IMG/VR virus record: IMGVR_UViG_3300046005_000547 | Location: 1 to 64,000 of that record | Length of the DNA: 64,000 bases | Direction: 5' to 3' (one strand) | Part shown: in pieces, positions 54,687-64,000 of the stretch | Position numbering within the stretch: position 1 is the first letter of the stretch | How the letters are laid out: each line of letters begins with the position of its first letter | Position numbers and translations under genes: made by a program | Notes under the pieces: generated by a model | Seen by the model: only the letters and a program-made list of their open reading frames with translations | Told to the model about the DNA's origin: nothing | Database searches by the model: none

Positions 54687-55871
54687 ATGAGATTTTATAT
54701 TATGGAAAGTGAATTTACACCAAGAAGATTATACATTAAACAACATTCTGTTACTGGAATGAGATACTTTGGACAGACTGTATCTGAAGATATAGACAAA
54801 TACAAAGGTTCAGGAACGTATTGGGTTAGACATATTAAGAAACATGGAGTTGAACATGTAATCAACGAATGGATTTCAGAATGGTTCTATGAACCAGAAA
54901 CAATAAGTGATTTTGCTTTAGAATTTTCCGAACAATATGATATTGTAAATTCAAAAGAATGGGCTAATTTAATTCCAGAAGATGGTCTAGGTGGATGGGA
55001 TAGATTTAATGATATTAGAGGGAATTACGATGAAGATTTAGCATTTATTCGTATGAAAGAAAATGGAACATATGAAGGATGGTTGGAAAAGATAACAATC
55101 GCATCAACTGGAGAAAATAATCCAGCATATGGTACAAAATGGATATTCAATCCTGATATTCCAAATTCCAGCAAATTATTATATTCTGGAGAAGAATTAC
55201 CAGAAGGATATTTGTTTGGTATGGATTTCGAACGCAGACAAAAGATGGTTGAATCTAATGTTGGTAAAAATTTAGGTTCTAAATTATATTACAACCCAGA
55301 AACATTAGAAACAGTTAGAATACAATTAAATCAACAAATACCAGAAGGATATATTAATGGTATTGGTATGACGGAAGAACAAAGAACAGAATGGTCTGGA
55401 GATCGTTCTGGTGAAAATAATGGCAATTATGGAAAACATCCATATTATAATTATGAAACTGATGAAATAATGTATTTTGAATCGGACGAAACTGCTCAAG
55501 AAGGATTCACCAAAGGATTACCATCAACCCAATATAATAGTATTAGAGGAGAAAATAATCCAAAATATGGTAGTGATTGGTATTATCATCCCGTAACTAT
55601 GCATGAATTTTTAATGAATCTTAAAGATAAACATTTGTATCCTGAATACATTAAAGGTAGACCATCAAATTCATCGGATGAACGTAAAGCAAAATTAAAA
55701 GCAGCAAGAGCAAATTCTGCGATATCCTTTAAAGGACAAGCACAAATTGTTAACATAAACGATTCAAAAGATATAAAATGGTTTGACGTAGTTAATGAAT
55801 ATGAACTACCAGAAGGATATAAATTTAGAAATGAGAAAAATGCTTTGAAATTAAAGAAAAGAGATGTATAA
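54687..55871 (+). mobile_element. GIY-YIG (Seg-like) homing endonuclease
   Basis: LYIKQH..TGMRYFGQT...YKGSGTYW...WANL; GENNP repeats. Confidence 0.85.
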
Positions 55872-55901
55872 TAGAATTTTTAAATTAACTGGAGAACAAA
55901 A

Positions 55902-58900
55902 ATGAAAGAAATTATTGAAGAATATCAACAAACTAAAGATTTTGAAAATGTGGTGTATAGAAACGGATTGAATTTGTTGGTCGTTTCTAAATTGTCCGAA
56001 TGTAAATATGAATTGAAATATCAAGGTAATCATAATGAAACTAAAATTATGATTTCATATGTTGATAAAGTGAATGCCGATAATGTTATTGGATACATCA
56101 GTAATTATTACGATGTATTTGAATATGAATCATTCGAAGAAGATGATAAAATTTATATTGTATTTTCTAAAAATGAAATGTACAGTTACGTTCAAGAACA
56201 TAAAAGATTAACAAACAATTATTGTCTGGATAAAGATCCTTCTGTGTTTGAAGGATACCCGTTGGTTTGTTATAGACTTTGTATGTATAATGATACCGAT
56301 ATTGTTATTGAAAATGTATCAAATAGTGAAAAACATAAATTCAATATGCCAAATTCTGATTTTTCTTCATATCAATTGTATGATTATGCAGAAGGATATT
56401 TGAAAGGAATGTCAAACAGTAATTTAGAAGTTACCAGATGTTTTTGTTTAGATGGGACGATGTATCTATTATGTTTTGATATTAACAATAAATTTTATAG
56501 TTCATAATAAATGGAATTTTACTACATACAGGAAATTGTAAATGAATCATAAATGTATAGATTTCAAAAGAATAGACGACGACTTATTTTGCGTCGATTG
56601 TAAGAAACTTATAGACGTTCCAGTTAAAATTGAAGTTGGAAAATGTTATCAGAAATTTGGAACTGAAGATGTATACGAAGCAACTTCATCTAGTGTGGAA
56701 AATGGAGTTGAAAAATTCACACTCATTGGATTAAAGGATAGACATGTAACATTCTATAGGAATTTAGAACCAAGAGATTTGGTGACAAATAGACAATACA
56801 ATCAGATACCAGAATTTTTCAATAAGGAAGTGATTAAACCATTTTACGTTTCCAAGGTTGGTATCTATAAAACGGTTATCGGTGATACTGCGTTGATTAA
56901 ACAGATTGGTGACAAAGATTTATGTTATGGTAGATTGATTGGCGATACGCAAAATCGAAAATGGTATAGAACTGGGAAGGAATCATGTCCACCGGACACT
57001 AGAAATAACAGTTTGATTGAATTTATTGAAGAAGTTACGCTTTACAGTTGAGAATGAATATGATTACAGCATTAGAAGCGTATAAATTGGGTAATACAAA
57101 GAAGCAGATGGAATCTGAACGAATCGATGGATTGGTTGAACAGATGATTACTCGTAAGATTGAACCGTTGGTTAGAAGTAAATCTGCGGACATGAAATGT
57201 GTATTTACATGGCAGCATTTTTCTGATTTTGTTGGTCAAGATGATTTATTTCATTGTTTCAATATATTGAAGGAAAGATTGTTAGGATACGGATACTCGG
57301 TTACCGTATCTGGTAACAGAACAGACCCATTAAAAACAGAGATGTTGGTTAAATGGGAAGAACCTAGAGAAATTGCCAAAGAATATAGTAATACAACAAT
57401 CTCTGAATATGGTAATAATTATGAAAAAGTCTAAGATTACATTAGAATCATTGGTTGAATCGTATAAATTATCTGGTGATGATTCGTTATTATTGGATAA
57501 TGCAGTTACAATAGTTGATGTTAATTGTTCTGGAGACGATATTTTATTGAATTTTGAAGATTACGAATCAACATGGATTAAACATGTTGATAAAATTGAT
57601 ATGGAAACGGATATCCAAGTAGTCATTAGATTTTTGCGTAAAGAATATAATGTAACCGAATATGAAGTGTTCAGAACAAAAGAAGATAAATTAAAATTGG
57701 TATTTGTTCGATATAAGATCGATTCAGATAATTGGAAAACTGAATTGGAAATTATTAAATTTTATCAAACTGGTGATGTTAAATCGTTTGATTTTGATGG
57801 TAAGAAAGTGTTTAGATTATACATCGATGAAATGGAGGATGAAGATTCTAAATACATTATGGATGCCATTGATATTGAAACCGACGAACCAATAATGGGA
57901 TTTTCATATTTGGAAGATAAGGAAACGATAGATTCCGAAGAAGGATTAGATTATCATTTGGGGTTTATTAAGGAAATCGTAAGAGAGGAAACAGGATTAG
58001 TTTGGCATAGAATATTTGATTATGAAGGATATATTCATGTAATGTTCTTGGATAATTTGAATGTTGTAAATTTATCTGATGAATGTATTGAAATTACAGA
58101 CGGTGAAGAACGGGTTATTATTCCCAAGCAGAATATCTTTTGGTTGATTAATCAGATAATGATTATGAGTGGATACGAAAGAGACGATTAAACATGGAAA
58201 ACTGCTTGATAGTGGAATGTTTATAATATATGTCAATCAACTCTACAGGATAACAAAAACAAACATTAATGGAGGATTAAAATGAATTTTACAAAGGTGT
58301 ATTCAAAACAGAGAGGTATCCATCACATATCAGATGACGTTGATGGTTGGATCTTTTTGATTATCGAATCAAAAAGAGGTGGATTCAATTTGTTTTCCAG
58401 TGAAGGTGAACGGAGACAGAATCTAAGGAAAGTTGGGAATTTCAATGATATTGGATCTGCAAAACGATTTGCCATTAAAACAATAGGTGTCTAATGAATA
58501 ATAGAGTATATTTTACATTATTGAATGGAACAGAAACTTGGTTAGGGTGTAATGATATTATTGATGTAATATATGAAAACGATTTGTTGACTAGAATCGA
58601 GTATGAAGACCAAGGTGATTTATTTCCTTATGTAAGAATTAGTCATATAATTGTTATTGGCGGTAAAGAAGATATTCTAAAGAGGATTGAAAATGTTAGG
58701 CAAAAATGATATGGAATTTGTATTGATATTATTATTGTGTGCTAATGTAGGATGATATGTTTAAAATTAAAGTGATTGACCAAGAATTTGATATCAAAGA
58801 AGATGAGATAATCAATACATTGAGAGTTGATATTTCTGGATTGGAAGAAGAATACGATTATGTTTGTCTAGGATCCGGTCAGACAAGAAATAAAATATAT

Positions 58901-59994
58901 GAAGATGGGATTGATGAATTACATTTTGTCGCAGATGAAGATCCGTTTCATGTATTATATGATAATATGAAACAATATGATTTTGAAGTAGAAGAGTATG
59001 TATTTACGGAGATTCCTTATTATTATGCGTATCATACAGAAATGGGAATCAATGTAAAAGGGGATTACATAAAGAAGGATATAGAGAAATTCATTACCAA
59101 ACATTCTCCGTATCTAGAACTTGTTGTTGAACAAAGATTACAATCGTATAAGAAGGTGTAAAATGTATAGAAATCATGTTGCGTTAAATCCTCTGTTGAA
59201 AAAATCTCATGTACATACAGAGAAAGAAGAATCTGTTGATGATATGATAGAAGAAGGTATTGATGAATACTATGATATGTATCAGGAGTATCTTGAATAC
59301 CATAAAGATGGAAATGAAAGAATGATTTGTGGTAGAATCATGAGAATCAATCCGACATCGTTTGAACCTCCTGAATTATTTTTAGTAAATTTAAATTTCA
59401 AAACAGAAAAAGATATAATTGATTATTGTTCAGATTTAAATCTAACTAGACCAAATTATTATCATTATTGGGAAACAACTCAATGAAAAAGATAATTCAT
59501 ATCAATCAACATGTAATTAAAAATAACACTAAGACAGGAGAAAGAGACCCTGTTATTACATGTAAAACATATAAAGAAAACGTATACGGACGTCGCGTTA
59601 AATTTACAAATGGTGAAGTTGTTTATTCTCCTGACAAACCATTATCATGCGGTGCTAAAGTTTGGATTGAAACCGAAGATGTTATCAACATATTAACTGA
59701 AGAAGGATGGAAAGAATTATGATTGAAATTGGTTCAAATTTATTGACATTAATGAATCATCTAGTGTCTGCTTCTATATACATTATTGTTATTCGATACG
59801 TTTATTTGTTCTTGGTATATTGTATAGATAATAATGTTAAAATCGTCAACATTGATATACCAGAATTAAAGATACCAAAGATTGACGAATTTGGATTACA
59901 AAAAGTTGAATCTGCACCGAAGACGCCTAAGGTTAAACCGGTTAAGAAAGAATCAATTATTGCTGGATATGAAAACGGAGTTGAAACCATTTAA
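55902..59994 (+). other. block of plus-strand hypothetical ORFs
   Basis: contiguous ORFs with RBSs; 59468-59722 (IHINQH...CGAKVWIET) looks like a widespread phage family. Confidence 0.6.
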
Positions 59995-60028
59995 ATAATC
60001 TCATACAATAACATATTATGAGATTATC

Positions 60029-60544
60029 ATGGCATTATTACCAACACCAACATTACATAATGTAAATCCTTTGGCATCTAACGGATTCCAATTTACAATC
60101 AATAAGATACCAGAGATTAGTTACTTTTCAACAAATGTAAATTTACCAGATATTTCATTACCAGCAATTGAAGCTTCCAATTCATTTTCAAAAATTTATG
60201 AAACTGGAGATACGTTAGATTATTCAGATTTCACTGTAAATTTTATTGTTGATGAAGATCTAGGTAATTATCTAGCAATTTATAAATGGATGGTTGGATT
60301 AGGATTTCCTGAGAATTACACTCAATTTAATAATGTACAATTAGACGATCCGTTGAATGAATCTTCTGATGGTGCTTTACATATTCTTTCATCATCTAAT
60401 AACATAATTAGAACCATTTTATTTCATGACATGAGACCAGTGTTCCTAGGTGGATGGGAAATGAATACAACATCAACTGACGTAGAATACATAACTTGTT
60501 CCGCAACATTTAGATACCATATTTTTACATTTGATAACATTTAG
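60029..60544 (+). CDS. 3: tail completion/tube terminator gp3
   Basis: NPL.SNGFQF.I.KIP.ISYF...VNLP.ISL...F.VDEDL.NY..IY.W. Confidence 0.85.
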   Translation: MALLPTPTLHNVNPLASNGFQFTINKIPEISYFSTNVNLPDISLPAIEASNSFSKIYETGDTLDYSDFTVNFIVDEDLGNYLAIYKWMVGLGFPENYTQFNNVQLDDPLNESSDGALHILSSSNNIIRTILFHDMRPVFLGGWEMNTTSTDVEYITCSATFRYHIFTFDNI

Positions 60545-60550
60545 GAATAG

Positions 60551-60988
60551 ATGAATATACAAGAAATTCAAGATATGTGGGATTCTGATTCCGAATTAGA
60601 TTCATCCAAACTTGGTGATGAATCATTGAAGACTCCTAAATTACATGCCAAATATGTTAGGATTTTAATTGATTCTAAAATGAAATTGATTAAATTGAAA
60701 ACAGATTATTCTGTTATGCGTCAATTAAAGTTTCGTTATTATCGAGGGGAATTAACCAGACAGGAACTCCAAGACAATAATTTAGAACAATGGGGTTATG
60801 CAAAACCCATTAAATCTGAGATGGATGAACATCTGAAGGGTGACAAAGATCTTGCTCAGATAGAAGCAAGAATTGAATACATGAACATAATGGTTGGCCT
60901 AGTTGAATCAATCATGAATGCAATCAAATCAAGACAATGGGATATCCGTAACAGCATAGACCATATGAAATTCATGGCAGGGGGATAA
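60551..60988 (+). CDS. uvsY: UvsY recombination mediator
   Basis: W..DS..D...L..ESL..PKLHAKY...YYRG...I.SRQWDIRN.I....F.AG. Confidence 0.93.
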   Translation: MNIQEIQDMWDSDSELDSSKLGDESLKTPKLHAKYVRILIDSKMKLIKLKTDYSVMRQLKFRYYRGELTRQELQDNNLEQWGYAKPIKSEMDEHLKGDKDLAQIEARIEYMNIMVGLVESIMNAIKSRQWDIRNSIDHMKFMAGG

Positions 60989-60989
60989 C

Positions 60990-61358
60990 ATGTTATCATT
61001 TTTAGAGTATTGGAAATTGATTGAGGGTGTTGATTTATCAATTCAATCGTTAAAGATGTCGTTAGAAAATCTTGGAGTTGCTGTCAATATATTCCAAAAG
61101 AATAACATCATTGAATTAACAAAAATTGTTGTTCCAAAAGAATCAAGAAATCAAGGTCTTGGTTCTAAAGCAATGAAACGTATAGTTGATTATGCAGATA
61201 ATTCCAAACAATTAATTGTATTGACTCCATCGGATGAGTTCGGCGGCAATGTCAACAAATTGATTAAATTTTATAAGAAGTTCGATTTTGTTGAAAACAA
61301 AGGTAAGAACAAAGACTTTGAAATCTCTGAATCAATGTACAGATTTCCAAAGAAATAA
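60990..61358 (+). CDS. GNAT acetyltransferase-like protein
   Basis: IVVPKESRNQGLGSKAM...LIKFYKKFDF. Confidence 0.85.
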   Translation: MLSFLEYWKLIEGVDLSIQSLKMSLENLGVAVNIFQKNNIIELTKIVVPKESRNQGLGSKAMKRIVDYADNSKQLIVLTPSDEFGGNVNKLIKFYKKFDFVENKGKNKDFEISESMYRFPKK

Positions 61359-61363
61359 CAAAA

Positions 61364-61400
61364 ATCCCATTAGATGTAAAATTCTAATGGGATTTTTATT
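61364..61400 (+). terminator. intrinsic terminator
   Basis: aatcccattag/ctaatgggatt stem followed by T-run. Confidence 0.75.
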
Positions 61401-61413
61401 GGATAAAGAAAAG

Positions 61414-61446
61414 TCTTTCGATGTTTGACAAAATCGTTATAATAGA
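61414..61446 (+). promoter_or_regulatory. early-type promoter TCTTTCGA-N16-TATAATAGA
   Basis: exact motif. Confidence 0.8.
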
Positions 61447-62036
61447 ATCATCAATAACATTTTAGAGGTAAACAAAATGAAATCATTACAATTTTTCTCA
61501 GGTCATGATTCCTTTGGTAGACAAGTTCATGTATCTCAAGGCGAAAATCAATCATGGTATTACAGAATGTATGGATTTAATGGTTTCGGTAAAGGGTGGA
61601 GTAAATGGGAAATGTTAAAAGATTTCATCCCAACATTCAAAACAAAGATTGTCAATGTATATGATTCTTCGGAAACAGAAATTGAATATGGTGAATTATT
61701 GGAATGGGGATTTACATCTTTACATAAAATTGAAGATGTTAAAGTTAGACTACCAAATAACTAAGGAACAAAAATGAAGAAAGAACCCATTTTAATTTAC
61801 ATGATTTACGTTTCGTCTGTTGATGGTATTACAAACATTGCATCATTTTATAAGTTTCTGACATTCGAAGATCTAAGGGGAAATATCAGTTCGAAATATA
61901 TCACTGACGAAATTCTTAAATGTTTTGTTAACAATAATGGATACGCTAAATTCATGAATTGTGGAATAGAACAAAAATTAAAGATAGATAGAATGTTTTT
62001 AAATGACAATAGATTATAAATTTAAAGAGAGAATAA

Positions 62037-63575
62037 ATGATTATCGGAATTACAGGACCTGTCGCATCAGGCAAATCAAAAGCGATTCAGATGTTGAAAT
62101 CAAGAAATGATACTACAATATCAGCAACATATCACGATTTAGATGAATATTGTAAATCATTTAATGTTGACAAAGTATCGTTCTTCCAGAAACATTTTAA
62201 TGTAGATACTATGTCAAAAGAAAGAATCATTAAAGAAGTGTTTTCAGACATGAAATTGTACAATGAATATTGTCAATTATTTGAAGAAGATTTAATTGAT
62301 TTGTTGAATCAATTTACAAATGGTATCCATATAGTGGAAGCATCTGCGTTGTTTTCATATCCGAATCTCATTAAGAAATTCGATAAGATTATCTGTATAG
62401 ATCCAAAATCAAATCATAAAGAAAACAAATCAAAACGTAAGATTGATACAACAATTTTTGACGACATCTATTGGAGAAATTATACATGTAATTCTTTGAA
62501 GAATGATTTGAATGACATAAGATTGGAAACGGGAACGTTAATGGAATTACGTTCAAAAATTGAACAAGCAATTATTTCCATTGTCGATGAAGAATCGTGT
62601 ATCAATGAATTGTTCAATACAATAAATCGGTGGGAAACATTTAAAGATTTATCTCATGGATATTCAACTAATCCGTATCATAATCTTGACCATACTCGTT
62701 CTGTATTAACGGATTTGTACTATCAAGATAATTACACAAGAACATTAGGCGAATTGACATTGTATCATGATTTCCAATACGATCCAAAATTGATTTGTAA
62801 TGAAGATTTAGCTTCCAATTTCATCAAGTATCATTCGGATTTAATTCATGAAGATGTAGACATCGATCTTCTATGTCGTTTAATAAGATCGACTGATTAT
62901 AAAGTTATTGACCCAAAGATTTCCAACTTCTTCCTTTCGGATATCTCTCATTGGATTAGAACAGATGAAGAAATCATCGAAGTTGAACAATTAATGTTTA
63001 AAGAGTATCAACATATTGATTGGGTTGATTACAGAGCAGGAAGAATTAAAATTTTAAATGGATTGATAGATAAGATAATTTCAACATATCCTACAACAAT
63101 TTCGTGTTCTTATATCAGAGGAATTGAATTATCAATTTCATGGTTGAATACATTTAATCCAAAAATTGGTTGGTTCTGTGGTTCATTTAATCCATTTACA
63201 ATTGGTCATATGGATGTATTAACTAAAGCAGAACGATTATTCGATAAGGTTGTTCTTGTACAAGGAGTGAATCCAAACAAAGATTCAAGTCAATTTAATC
63301 TGAATTCAACTAAAACATTGGTGAAATATGAACAACATTTAGATGTTAAATGTATTCCTGATTTGATTCAATCTGTTGGGTATCAACCAATTTTGATTAG
63401 AGGGATTAGAAATGTACAAGATTACAATGAATCAAGCGAATGGCATCAACAAATTAAAGAGTTTGTGTATGTTGATATGGTTCTGATTGATTCAGATTTA
63501 AGACATATTAGTTCATCGTTTGTCAGAGGAGCTGGTAAATTAAATTTGGACACCAAACGATTTATTGTAAAATAA
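62037..63575 (+). CDS. CoaE-like kinase / HD domain / CoaD-like nucleotidyltransferase fusion
   Basis: IIGITGPVASGKS; YHNLDH...LYHD...NE; GSFNPFTIGH (HxGH), IRGIRN, HISSS. Confidence 0.8.
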   Translation: MIIGITGPVASGKSKAIQMLKSRNDTTISATYHDLDEYCKSFNVDKVSFFQKHFNVDTMSKERIIKEVFSDMKLYNEYCQLFEEDLIDLLNQFTNGIHIVEASALFSYPNLIKKFDKIICIDPKSNHKENKSKRKIDTTIFDDIYWRNYTCNSLKNDLNDIRLETGTLMELRSKIEQAIISIVDEESCINELFNTINRWETFKDLSHGYSTNPYHNLDHTRSVLTDLYYQDNYTRTLGELTLYHDFQYDPKLICNEDLASNFIKYHSDLIHEDVDIDLLCRLIRSTDYKVIDPKISNFFLSDISHWIRTDEEIIEVEQLMFKEYQHIDWVDYRAGRIKILNGLIDKIISTYPTTISCSYIRGIELSISWLNTFNPKIGWFCGSFNPFTIGHMDVLTKAERLFDKVVLVQGVNPNKDSSQFNLNSTKTLVKYEQHLDVKCIPDLIQSVGYQPILIRGIRNVQDYNESSEWHQQIKEFVYVDMVLIDSDLRHISSSFVRGAGKLNLDTKRFIVK

Positions 63576-63576
63576 T

Positions 63577-63609
63577 TCTTTCGATATTCATGAATTGAAA
63601 TATAATAGA
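63577..63609 (+). promoter_or_regulatory. early-type promoter TCTTTCGA-N16-TATAATAGA
   Basis: exact motif. Confidence 0.8.
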
Positions 63610-64000
63610 ACATATTATTTTTAATTGGAGGAATTTAAAATGTCATTCTCAAATCCGTTGTTTGATAAATATACAGCAATCTACACCGTAGATAAAAGTA
63701 AGAAACATGATAGAGTTACCATCAGACATATTGAACAAGATGTTTACGAAGCAGTTATCATCATTGCTGGAGTTCAACAATCATCGACAAGAAGATTACC
63801 AGCATTAAAATTGTATCTATCTGAACAATTAATGACTATCTCTGATGCAATTAGTGGTAAAGAATCAAGTCTTGAATCATTGAAATCAAGATTGAAACTC
63901 CGTAAAGGAACAGATATTTTATTTGGAAAAACATATGAGACAACAAATTTTACAACAACTTGTTGATTATTTTGGATACGAAGAAGAACCAGATGAATCT

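Noticed and set aside
62037-63575. Confident gene symbol coaD/coaE/nadR
   Set aside because: HxGH nucleotidyltransferase and P-loop motifs do not fix the substrate, so no symbol was assigned
1-64000. Prophage, integrase or host genes
   Set aside because: No integrase, att site or bacterial housekeeping context; content and order fit a lytic T4-like phage throughout

Overview
AT-rich segment of a large T4-like (Tevenvirinae/Straboviridae-type) myovirus genome. Bases 1-41.5 kb are a minus-strand early/replication and accessory block: Dda helicase, Prs + Nampt NAD module, TerD pair, RNA ligase, DNA methyltransferase, gp43, DexA, Hsp20, endolysin, RegA, gp62/44/45, one tRNA(CAT) and many small ORFs. 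A 2.2-kb non-coding array of five ~460-480 bp degenerate repeats (41.6-43.8 kb) sits at the strand switch. From 43.9 kb the plus strand carries the tail/head module (gp18, gp19, gp20 with an intein, gp21, gp22, gp23), two homing endonucleases, gp3, UvsY and a CoaE-HD-CoaD-like triple fusion. The most notable observations are: (1) the repeat array, which has promoter-like cores, TCGA clusters and a hairpin with a compensatory base change; (2) a homing-endonuclease cassette that supplies a replacement 3' end for prs and leaves the old 3' end stranded; (3) a ROSE-like RNA thermometer on the phage hsp20; (4) a TCTTTCGA-N16-TATAATAGA promoter present in seven exact copies; (5) several proteins with T4 capsid-targeting-like N-termini, including two GNATs; (6) a duplicated methyltransferase C-terminal half; (7) the CoA/NAD adenylyltransferase-kinase fusion. 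All calls come from reading motifs by eye; no database search was run.
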